Positions 1 through 11,342 of a stretch of 64,000 bases of DNA are shown piece after piece. The notes beneath the pieces were generated by a model. That model did no database searches and was not told the origin of the DNA. It saw nothing but the letters and a program-made list of their open reading frames with translations. Numbering within the stretch: position 1 is the first letter of the stretch; every line of letters begins with the position of its first letter. Made by a program: the position numbers and the translations under genes. The DNA comes from Paraspadella gotoi (taxonomy: Eukaryota; Animalia; Chaetognatha), in contig CM119264.1 in assembly GCA_051294375.1 (NCBI GenBank), forward strand, positions 21,857,582 to 21,921,581, read 5' to 3'.

Positions 1-33
1 CAGCAGAGGCACCCAGAAAAAAAGAAAGAAATC

Positions 34-173
34 AGAAGGCAGCAGCAGAAGCAGCAGGAGAAAAGAGAGAAAAAGAGCCCCTGCAGAGCCAGCTGCAGAC
101 TCAAAAGGCAGCAGCAAAAGCAGCAGGAGAAAAGAGAAAAAGAATAAGCCCCTGCAGAGCCAGCTGCAGACTC
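34..173 (+). repeat. Short tandem repeat, about 70-bp unit, 2 copies (GCAGCAGGAGAAAAGAG...CCCCTGCAGAGCCAGCTGCAGACTC)
   Basis: CCCCTGCAGAGCCAGCTGCAGACTC and the flanking GCAGCAGGAGAAAAGAGA are directly repeated. Confidence 0.75.
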
Positions 174-551
174 GTTATTTTCCCCTATGATTATGAATCA
201 GTTACTAGGGAAAAGAGAGAGGGAGAGAGACATGTAATTAAAATAGAAAAGAGAGAGAGAAAGAAATATGAAAATAAAAGAGAGAAAATTTGTTTGTTTT
301 GATAAAACGTAAACAAAACATATTTAATAACTGTCCAGACTCAATTTTAAGCACATTGATGATGAGAAGCTGTATATAAATTTTCAGCTTCATACACCCA
401 AATTTAATCATAAAAAAGGCGATCTATAATTTGGAACGCCGACAACAACGACGACGACGACGCCACTTATGCGCAAAATCGTCGCAAACATTAAGCGATT
501 GCGACAAAAAAAATTTTCACACGGCACAAAGATGCAATACTAAATGGTTAT

Positions 552-3500
552 CTACGCCCAAGCCCGTCTGGCGAGATAAAAATTAATCTTAGAAAAAATA
601 TGAAAAAAGAGAAATTTACTCCAATAAACGAAAACAGGAAAGGACAACCAACCTGCGGACTTGGCAACGGCCAGGTGTGCAATGGTTTTGTTAAAGGCGT
701 AGGATCCTGCCATAGGCGGTGATGCCGTCGCAGGCATTGGACGAGAGAGGGGTGAGACGTTGGCCGATAGAGAGCATCTCTCTCCCGGCAAAGGCTTCAC
801 CTCCGCTTTTATGACCATTGCATTAACCAGATTGGCTTGCGGGGATTCCGCCTTCGTAGAATCGTCAAGGAGAAAGTCATGGCTCAATTGTACCGTCTGT
901 GTTTCATCGTCGTTAGCCATTTCTTCCATATCGTCTTCTTTAAAACAACTATCCTTTTCCTCAATATATTTCTGAGGAGCCGGAACCGGCATCCGGTTTT
1001 CGATGCCAATGCCCGATTCGCCTTCGTCATCGCGGAGGAGGATCAGAGTGTCGATCTCGTTGGCCACAAGCCTTTCCTCCGACAAATCTGTCGACAGAAT
1101 TTCCAGCGTCGACGTCACGAGCGACGGGGAAGAGTTTGGCGTATCCAAAACTTGAAGCGGATTCTTCGGTTCCGAATTCGTTTCTTGATCCATACTAACA
1201 AACGAGTGAGACGGTATCAAAGATTTAGTTTTTTCGCCAATGTCGATGTCGACGATCAAATTGCGTCGCCTCTCGAACTCGGCTCCGCCACAAGATATGT
1301 TAAGCATTTCCTGACTGCGTTTCCACGACGAAGATACCAAGGGGACTGGCGCTAAAGACGAAGCAGTGCCGCCTGGTGAATAATCGATCCCACTTTCACT
1401 CTTAGCACGCGACAACGGAAATGGACCGAGAAGATCACAGGGAGATTTCGATCTATCGGGGCATTTCTTATTTGTCGTCGATGTCGTAGCCGTCGACCTT
1501 GTGAGTTTCGACGTGAGATCGTCGTTGTCGGGCTTCAGTTTCTCTTCCATGACCTCCCTGATGTCCGCAATACAGTCAGGTTGATCGTCGGGACATTTTG
1601 ACTCGACGAAGACAAGTTCTCTTGTTGCAACTTCGTCTTTAAAATCTGTAGACTTGCCCCACCGCTTTTCGTCTTCCGCATCGCGATCTATTCCCAACGC
1701 CCTCTTCTCTCTCTCCTCCCACAGATCTGCCCGTTCTTTGAGCCAGGGTCGTAGTTCTGTCAACACCCTCTTCATATCCTCACTTTTCTTTTTGCCAGCA
1801 CCGGCCTCGGGCCAATCGTTCAAAGCACCTGTCACCGATTCCTCTTGGTCGACAACATCCTCAAAAACTTCGTCTCGCGGCTCATAGGCAGCGATTTCAG
1901 GGAGATCGTTCGGGTCTACAAACGATAGCGGAGCCGCACATGGCGTATCAGGCCCTGGGAAGGTGTCGATAGAGTCGGAAGAATCCAGGACACGGCTCGC
2001 TTTAATCGAGGCATCCTCCCACACAGCTCGAGCTGCATCTATCTCCAATCCTGTTCGAACCAAGGCGTCGAATAGCGACTTCGACGAATCGGGAGTAACA
2101 TCATTTACGAGAGACTCGGCCTCGCGGGTTCGAAGTAGAGCCGATTGCAAGCGCAGATCGAGGGCGTGAATCGCTGATGAGATGGAGGAAGCGGGAGCGA
2201 CTATCGGCGACTGGTCTGTCGAGGCGCGTTCACGCGCGAGAAATTGACAGCGGTGAAAGTCGTAGGAGCGACGAAGAGACAAAATTGTAGGGATAAGATC
2301 TGTAGGGGCAAATTTATTCTCTAATCTTTCAGACTTATTAAGTTTTATTATTTAAAGCTTCATAGTTTCATAAAAATTACCTGTGATTACTTTGTGGCAA
2401 AACGAAGAGATAATAGAAGTGACGAGCTCGGGGGAGTTTTTGTCGAAAGCTTGCGGCGAAGCAGAGAGAATAAGGCGTCGGACGAATTCGGACGCCTGAA
2501 GGTGCGCTAATTGCTTCATCGCCTTTAGCGCCGCGGAGGCGAAATCATCAGTGGCCGCGCGAAGACGGGTTAAGTGCTGAAGAAACGTGATTCTAATTGA
2601 AATTATTTAAAGATCACACAAAATCTTAATATTTAATTAAAAATATTCTAAAAATATTAAATTGGGCACCATATCAAAAAGACTTCTTTTATGAAATACA
2701 ACATTAACCACGACCAAGTGTCGGATGAACGTCATTCAACAACATGACAATTGTGAACAGGTCAACAGGTCAACTGTCAAATTAAAAAAAAAATTATCGA
2801 TAGTAATTTTGTTTAATTAATTCAATTAAGTTAGAGATTTATATTTGACATTATGTATATTCCAGAAGTACCTCCTCGTTGCCCGGCAGGAAGGGCAGCG
2901 TCAGCGACTCCCCGTATTCATCCACAGGAATATGGGCGACGTAGAGGGCAGGGGCGTCGAGGTCCTCGCCCATGGGAAGCGCCATCATGAGGTCGCGAGT
3001 CGCAGTTCGATGAGAGTGAAACAAATGACGAGCGGAGGCAAAAATGCTGGCTTTTAGGATGAGCAGCTGAAGGAATAATAAAATTTTGTTTTCAAATGAC
3101 CGGACAGCTAAGTGCGATCCAAAAATCTAGTCAAAGAATTCGCGAGTGTTTGAAAATGAAAGATTTAGCTGTCCCCTTACTTGGTCGGACGCCCTTCTTG
3201 TGACAGTCGACGAGGCCGGGTTGAAGACGAATCCTCCCTCGACGAATTCAAACTCTTGCGCGAGTTTCAGTCCGCGCTCAGTCAGCCCAGCCAATTCCTC
3301 CAGTCGCTTCAGGTAGGAGGAGAAGGCAGAGATGGCAGACTCGGCTCGGGAGTACGCCAGGCGATGCTGCCACATGGTGATGAGTTCCGGAGTGAGAAGT
3401 AGCACGAAACAGGCGATAAAGACAGCGGGAATCCACAGGGATTCGGACTTGGAGTTGGTGAAAACTAAAAAGTAGATTTTGAGGATGAAAGAGGGGATTA

Positions 3501-4245
3501 AAAAAACCTTTGAAGCAAGGATTTAAATTTACCTATAGAATCACTAACCATATTGGTGAAATAAGTAGGAGAGCGACGCCCAAAGAACCACTCCCAATCT
3601 CAACATGGTTGGATGCATGAAGCCGTTTCTTTTCATTTCATTGTTCAACTTCATCTGCTTATCTCTTTCCACCTCCCAGTAATTGCGTAAAAAATGCTCA
3701 TCTTCCTCTGTAAGTACGGATTCGAAACCACAGCCGACCATCTTATCGAAAAGGTGAAAGTGAACGCGACTGTGAAAGACCAATGTTAGTGATAACTTGT
3801 TATTATCAATTGATGCGAGATGACAGGTAAAATGGAATCGCAGTTCAGCTCACCTCAAATAGGTCTTCAACTGTTCAGAAAACCCAAAAATTTTGACGCT
3901 CCATTCCAGAACACGGTCTGAGACGGCGAGACCGACTCTTTTCTTCCAAATTTCTGCGCTGGATTTCAAATCGACAAGGAACTGACAAGAATCGGCCAGG
4001 GCAGATCTGAGGCGTCCGTCTTGCGACGACGACCTCGGCTCAGAGTGATCAGAAAGCGAGGTTTTTTGGTCGCAGACGAAGTCATCCGAAACTATTACGT
4101 CTGGGTAAAACATTTTAGCAGCGGGAACGGACGTCTCGGTCGACGTTGGCTCGTCCGCAATACCCAAATCGCGCAAATGACGTCCGAGGGCGGAGTCTTT
4201 CGGAGTGACGTCTTCGTCACAATCCGAAGAAGTCAGGCCGTCCAT
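552..4245 (-). CDS. VEZT: Vezatin (multi-exon; approx. exons 4245-~3900, ~3740-3545, ~3465-3180, ~3067-2871, ~2576-2381, ~2298-651, plus a probable short last exon near 550-570)
   Basis: Colinear motif matches to vezatin as recalled: DEDVTPKDSALGRHLRDLG (cf. DEEVVFENSPLYQYLQDLG); hydrophobic TM segments; GLKLAQEFEFVEGGF (cf. ALRLIQETEVISRGF); SLRRSYDFHR (cf. ELKRSYEFYR); AIHALDLRLQSAL; VWEDA; KRVLTELR. Exon limits are approximate. Confidence 0.85.
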
Positions 4246-4914
4246 TGTGATGACTACTAATGGTACGAGAAGCTACGTTTCTCGATCATAGTTAATAACG
4301 GTGCCAATCTTAATCAAAAACATTGCAAATTTACATCATAATCCAAAAATACTAATATATGACACAAAATCATTTCTTTTTCCTTAAGATTTGTTTTTCT
4401 TTTTATGGAGATGAATGAAAAACATCTAATAATAATAGCATTCGAAAAATTGACAGTTGTAAAACTAATTGGTAAGGTCGGCTAAGTGTGGGAGATATAT
4501 TGTTAGTACCAATTTCATAGATGGACTCAAAAGGCTTTTTCGTTTTTGAGGAATTTTAGAGCAACGTCTAATATTTTGTTTTGGAACTCCCTTAGCCATC
4601 TAGAAGATTGAACCAGAAATGAACAAAAGCTGTCAACTAAATTTACCGCATAACACGAATTCAATTAAATTACTATTATAAAACAAGAAACGTTGGGAAA
4701 ACAAGAAATTGTTCATCCGCTTAAGGGAACTTTGTAATAAGTTGTTTAGTGCCGTTTTCCTGAATAATTAACGTGCAATCTTCTTATTTGTCAGTCGCGT
4801 AAGTGGAAACGAATTTGCGTATTCCCACAAGAGGCCCAAGTCTTTCAGTTGAACGCGTCGAATTTTAAAATAATTGTTTGGGAAATTAAAAAAGCTAAAA
4901 ATTAAGAAGCAAAA

Positions 4915-6109
4915 ATGGTATCTTCAATCTTTGTCATTTGTGTCATATGGGTAAGGCTGAACTTCTTAATTCTAAGGTGATTGGAAATTATTATACGAAA
5001 TAGGATCATTAATGCGTAAGTATTATTACGAATGTAGATCATAATATTAATAAGTCTCCGAAAGAAGAAAAGATAGAAATATGATGGTGTAGAAGACGAA
5101 ATGGAAATATGATTGGAACCGGATTTTAACACAAAATTAACGAAAAACTTTTAATAATTTATTACGCTATCTCTGTTATGGAAACTTTCTTTGAAAACAT
5201 GGTAAAAAAAAATCAGGCTCATTTCATTCATTTTCCTTCAGAACTTAGGATCCTCCTGTACTGGCAGTGTTGGTAATCGCATTATGATAGCTTAAGGTAT
5301 TCTGTGGTTAATACAATGAAATTGGTATAACGAAGAAAATGTTACACGAAGTATAAAAAGTTATATATTTGACAGTATAGTCGAACTCCAGGATCACTGG
5401 TAGTAAAAAATAAAATTACAAATTTTCAGGGTTATTTTGCGACAATCGCTTCAGCTCTAAGACCGAATGTTGGGGGAAACTTAGAGCGCATCGTCTTACC
5501 GGGCAGGTTAAAATTAGATTTGAATTGCTAGTTTCACAGAAAATATTATGAAGAGAATGCTTTTCAGAACTGGAAGACAAGGTTTAGGAAATTTTGGGGC
5601 GAGAATCGTGACATCTCAGACAGGGAATAATGGAGATACTTCGTCCGCAGAAAGACAAGCCAATGGGCAGACGGTATCTCAGCGCAAATTATCCTTATTT
5701 TCACATCGAATGGGGTAAACCATTAATTCTAATTTCTTACCTTAGGTCCCTGCCGACATTGATCAACAGTTGGCCGGACTACCTGGTGGCACATGCCTGG
5801 CAGTTTGCGAATCTATTTACGCAGTAAAACTTAACATTATCATTGATTTCACGGTTAAAACCGGCATTTGAATTCTAAACATTTTTGACAGAGAACTAGA
5901 ATGTACGCTCCCAATGCCAGCATGATAACGCAGACAATTTTTGGATGCCCACAAATTTGTGGAATACTCGATGTAAGCTACAAAATTTTAAATATGAAAA
6001 CATTTTACAATGCGACATTATACTTTCTACAATAATACGACTTTCCTATATGCAGAACGTTACACAAATGGGAATAATGGGTCTCTCAGCGTTTTTGGCG
6101 GGACGATGA
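4915..6109 (+). CDS. Cx3C-x23-Cx3C family paralogue A (exons 5430-5506, 5568-5673, 5746-5823, 5892-5972, 6056-6109; 5' end uncertain, candidate first exon 4915-4950 MVSSIFVICVIW)
   Basis: In-frame GT-AG splicing gives ...VPADIDQQLAGLPGGTCLAVCESIYA|RTRMYAPNASMITQTIFGCPQICGILD|NVTQMGIMGLSAFLAGR*. This aligns with paralogues B and C with the same 81-nt exon and intron phases. Confidence 0.7.
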
Positions 6110-6235
6110 ACAAGAACAATTAATTAATGATCGTTATTTCGAATCGTGTTTACAGTTCGCTGTTTTACGTATAAATAAAATTTTTCGATCACGTTTTATA
6201 TTTTCCAGTTTTAGTATTAATTCACAACCTTCAGA

Positions 6236-7115
6236 ATGGCTAAGACGTTAATCTTGAGTCTTCTCATTGGAGTAAGTCATCTTTTTTTTAATAAATACAT
6301 AAGATACTTAATTTATTTGCGGGTTCATTTCTTAGATCGCCACTATGAACGGAGTTAGCTGTCAAAATTGGAATGCCGCATTTAATTCAAATCAAGCAAT
6401 GAGGAACGGCTACGGAAGATGGGGAATGGAAAATCAGGTAAAATTACTCTCAATAACCATTACAGGTATATTCTCTCGGGAATTTGGGAATTTGAAATGC
6501 CAATGAGAGAACGATTACCGGCGCAAAACTCTGCTTATTGCGCTGGTAAACCGTAAAATTAAAAGATTCGTTGAAAACTGGCAAAATTTGATTTATAAAC
6601 ATGTAACTAACTTGAACTATTAATACTTTCTTATTAGTAAGGTGACATCCAAAAATTTAGTGATAGATGTGATTAATTTTAGATGACGAATGCCGAGAAG
6701 CGATTGCCTCAAAATACGGCATCAAACACTAGACCTCAGCAACAACCCCTTGGCCCATGGGGTGGTCTTATTACAGGAGTAGCTTCAAGTATGGCCGAAC
6801 AAGTTGTCGGAGCCTGCCCAAACATGTGCGAGACTATTTTTGACGTAAGTTAAAATTAAAAAAAAAGACGCTCAAAATCAAGTTGTGACGAAAATTTAGC
6901 CTATTTCTTTAGCAAATCACTCCCTTCAACCCACAAATGATCACAATGGTTCGGACGTTCCTCCCTTGCTCAATGGCCTGCGACATGCTAGATGTAAATT
7001 TTTTTTAAAATTACGCTTTCTTATAAGTTTCACTATCAATACAGTAATATATACTTTTACTTTTTAGAACATCTTTAACTCCGGCCTCAACATGGTGACA
7101 GGAATGATTGGTTAA
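6236..7115 (+). CDS. Cx3C-x23-Cx3C family paralogue B, putative secreted protein of about 142 aa (exons 6236-6271, 6336-6437, 6683-6844, 6913-6993, 7068-7115)
   Basis: Signal-peptide-like MAKTLILSLLIG|IATMNGVSC, then ...GGLITGVASSMAEQVVGACPNMCETIFD|QITPFNPQMITMVRTFLPCSMACDMLD|NIFNSGLNMVTGMIG*. All introns are GT-AG, phase 0. Confidence 0.8.
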
Positions 7116-7303
7116 AAATAGCGACATAACGCGCATTCTTTCACTTAAACTTAAAATATTCGCATAGATTTGATTCTTCAAAATTGAACTAAATAATTTG
7201 ATTTGAATCAATTGATAGTGGAGGTCCGTTTATTTTTAAAAATAGTTTCTTTAATTAAAACTCGATTCATATTTATTTTTTTATTTAGATAATAAATTTA
7301 AAA

Positions 7304-8112
7304 ATGCCTTCAAAAACCGACGGCGTATTTTTTCTTTTTCTACTAGTAAGTATGGCTAACTCATTCATTGTGATATTATTGCCGAAGCTTGAGGTAATAC
7401 GATCGATATGCGATTTAGTTTTCCTATGGTGGAATGATCTCTTGTCGATACACAAGACCGGGGACAAGTTCTAATCGCTATCCAACATCGTCAAACCAGG
7501 TAATTAGGAGATTGAAAAAGACAAATTTATGTTAAACTAAAATTTTATTTTACAGTTCCACTGGGTTAAATAATGTAAACCGTTATAATAATAAAAATCT
7601 TAGTTTTTAGGTTAGTTCAACACAACCTAATGCTGGAAACGTCAACGGATTTAATGGTCAAACAAGAATTGTCGCCCAACTGGTTTCTTCAGTGATTGGT
7701 GGAATGGCAGAACAAGCAGTTTCTCAATGTCCCACTATCTGCGACACCATCTTAAACGTGAGTAGGTCAAAAGTATAGACTATATTGAAACGGAGTGTAT
7801 ACGATGGTGAATACACCGCCATAATATAAGTTATTCTGGGGGTAATTCCGATATCCAGTTTTCTTCAGATTATGTTTTCTATATTATTTATAGCAACTAA
7901 ATAACGTGACCCCATCGATGGTTGCCATCTTTCGAGGAATTATACGTTGTCCTAACGCATGCAGCATTCTCGACGTAAGCAGATGTAAAACGTCTCGAAA
8001 TATGAACTTAATTAATTTAATAACATTTTTATTTCTTATTATTTCTTAGTCTGTTGTGCAAGTTGGTCTTGGTTTTTCGGATGCAATGATAACAGGATCA
8101 GGATTAGGATGA
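7304..8112 (+). CDS. Cx3C-x23-Cx3C family paralogue C, putative secreted protein of about 137 aa (exons 7304-7345, 7419-7499, 7611-7757, 7894-7974, 8050-8112)
   Basis: Signal-peptide-like MPSKTDGVFFLFLL|FSYGGMISC, then ...SSVIGGMAEQAVSQCPTICDTILN|QLNNVTPSMVAIFRGIIRCPNACSILD|SVVQVGLGFSDAMITGSGLG*. All introns are GT-AG, phase 0. AATAAA follows at about 8194. Confidence 0.8.
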
Positions 8113-9060
8113 TTATGGTCTACGAACTAATGGAAGCTATTTTTTTTATATAGAGACAGAACAGCTGTGCGATAAAACCATTACTATTATTTAAATAAAT
8201 AAGCTAAATAAGCCCAGCAATTTGGAGATTCACGAATCACGTTGCGACTATTTGTTTTCACTAAATATCTAAATAAATTGTGTGAATTTTAAAACCCTAG
8301 CAATCTACGTATTGATTCTTTAAAACAAAATTCATTAAAATTTAAATGTTAAAAATCACAATTGCAATAGATTAATCAAATTATTAATAATTATTTATAC
8401 GGTCAAGAGAGATGCGCATATCAAAACACCAGAAATAAAATGACCAAAAAAGCTGAGTAAACTAATGAATTGTAAACATGAAAACAAACGAACCTCCCAA
8501 AATAAAGAACAAAAGTATATAATTTATGACCAGGATAAATTACGATCTTAGATAAAATACACTTTATTAAATAATGAAACTAATTTTCATATATTGTTGA
8601 ACGTTGGTAGTTAGGTCATGCATATTTATAACGTTATCGATAACTATCTAGTATCTAGAACTTATATATATTTAGGAATGTTCAAAGTTTTTGGTCCATA
8701 ATCAGCTAATTCGTTAATGGGTCGGACTGTTAATTTACTTGGAAGAAAGTATAATAAATCTTAAATACTTCCGAGAAGGTATATGAGTAATCAACTAACC
8801 TAAAAATAACATTTTTTACCCTATTAAAAAATTAATCTCAAAATTTTTAGCGACTGACAAATCTAACAATGATTTGAAAAATATCAAGCGAGAGGTTAAA
8901 AAATAAAAAAAATATTTAAGTTCTTCATAATTATGAAAAAAGGTGAAGAATAAAACTGTCTTAATGTCCTATCGTTTATATAGGCCTAACAATTTTTAAA
9001 GCTTGCATCATGAATTTGCATGAAATCCAGTTTGTTTCTTTTAATCTGTCATATTTTCCT

Positions 9061-10755
9061 TTATTTGTTCTCGTAGAAAGTGGGCTGAAAAATTGGCAAA
9101 GAAAAAAAAAAGCTTTAAAATTTAACTAGACAGTTATAGCAATATAGCTTGTAGTTAGAGATGACAGAAAAGTTATAAGGCCTACCTCGTCATTGTCGTC
9201 ATCGCCGTTCTGAACGCTTTCGGCGCCAAGGTCGTTGGCTTCGTCGTCGCTGTCCTCCTCTCCAGAGGAATCCTCAACGCCGCCAGTGACGGCAGAGTTG
9301 GAAGGGGAAGCGGGGTCGCCGCCGGAAGACAATTGCGAGTAACAAGTTTCACAGACTCGCAAGGGTTTGCTTGTTAAAAAAAATAATTCTTAAGAATCCT
9401 TCTTTCCCTTTTCCTTTCGTTTAATGTTGCGCTGTGTACATTGTAAAGTGCACAAGTTTAATCTCAAACGCCAAAATTTAGAACTAAACCGGTGATATTA
9501 TAAGGAAGGAACCTTTGATACAACCAAGAATGAGATTGAGAACTCAATTTGAGTTCATCAATCTCATTTGTATATTGTCGTATTGACATTGACTTGTCAT
9601 AAATTCTGTTCTTGTGTCATTTCATGTTCTCATTTCACGAATTCACTTTTGTCATTAGTGTAGCAATTGATAATGAAATACTACTAGAGCTAAGTTTACT
9701 GCTATTTTAGGACCATTTAGCTCTCTTATAATATTACCTGGATTGATTGGGAAGTAGAAAGCGTTTGGTTGTGCATGCATTACACGCAACGATGCCGCAT
9801 TTTCTGCAGTGATGCCTTCGATTAACGAAACTGAAAACAGTTTTTTTGCAGTGCATGCACATTGTGGTTTCCGTGTCGGGCACCCAGGCGGGAGCCAATT
9901 CAGTTGTGTGGGCGGCCGGACGATCTCCTGAAGCCAACAGCGAATTTTTAATTTCCAAATAAACAATGGCCTGGGTAGAATGTGTAATGCATACCCTTAG
10001 CGATTAGATCGGCTACGCATTTTTGTATGTGAGCCATCCATTCAGACTTTTCGGTCGCTGTCGCAGCGTAGACAGCGAAAGATTTTTTTCCACTAATTAT
10101 ATAGAAGCCGTGCCGTAATTCTAAAAGAAAATTAATACTAAAATGACAGGGGTCGAAAGAAAGGTTTTGATTTTTTTAATCTCAAATGTGACCACAGAAA
10201 TTACATAACCCATCAAATACATAGCATTTGTATATTTATATTCATTGTTTTAAAATAGAACAACTCACGAGGGGTATCTTCGATGACTTCTAAGCGGACT
10301 TGTTCGAGGGGAATGATGTGCTGTTTGTTGTATTTTTTCTTGTTGATTACGATGTTGCCATAGACGAGAATGTCGTTGAAAAGGAAAAACTGTCGCGGTT
10401 TTGGACGCTTTCGGCACATTTTGGTGAGAACGCCTTCTCCCACCAGCACTCGGTTCGGCACGCTCAAAGGCTGATAGAGGAGGTTTAAGTTCGAATAATT
10501 ATCACTACCTAACCTAAATTTTAACTTTTAAAAAAGCAATTAGATTGTAGTATTAATTATAATGATTATTAGTCATAGTATAAAATCCTGTGAAAAATAC
10601 CTGACCGGCGCCTCCGAAACATTCTTCCACGCGCCGAATTCTCTCCGCGTTAGCTTTCGAATTTACTGCAGAGAGAAAAAGAAAATAAACCAGAAATTGT
10701 TAATGAATACAACAAAGTCGAAAACATTTATGGACATACCCAGGCGGTCAACCAT
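9061..10755 (-). CDS. PLEKHF2: PH and FYVE domain protein Phafin (PLEKHF1/2 orthologue), about 7 coding exons
   Basis: N-terminus MVDRL|VNSKANAERIRRVEECFG; PH domain (RVLVGEGVLTKMCRKRPKPRQFFLFNDILVYG); FYVE domain (WVPD...CMHC...RRHHCRKCGIVACNAC...RVCETC); acidic tail EDSSGEEDSDDE; ends PTFYENK*. Confidence 0.93.
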
Positions 10756-11342
10756 TTTGTTGATCAAAGAAAAAATCCGCCCCTATAAACAAGAGCAAAG
10801 TCTCTCCTCGCGTCGTCCCGATCTGCTGGAGCAGTCGACGGACAAGCCCTCCACTCTTCTCGCTGTCGTATTCCACTTTTAAAATTTTTTTTTTTTTAAT
10901 TCAATCTCGATCGATAACAACTGAGACCGGTTCAGGTTTTCTTTACATAGTTTTTAAATGTGCTCCTTGGCGAATTCGAGCAATGTTTTTTATTTTGATT
11001 CCTGAAGCAAACTTAAAAGGGGTTAAAAGGGGTTAAATTTCCATGATTGACACTATAAAAGATTTATTTTTAACACAATATATTAAATTAGAAGTAGGGC
11101 CAAAGGAAAAAAGAACTTCTTATGTGACTAGATAATCTGTTTTTTATGCATTCTGTATGCATGAGCCTTTATATCAATTTTATGCATTCTGTATGCATGA
11201 GCTTTTATTTAAATTTAGGGAAGGGAAACTTAAAGAAATATAAGGAAGCGGAGGAATTTCTCAAGCCAATTCTTGAAATTGGCGTACCGGCCACACAGTC
11301 AAAGGACTCAAACATTTGCAGCCCTATAATTGTGGACTACTA

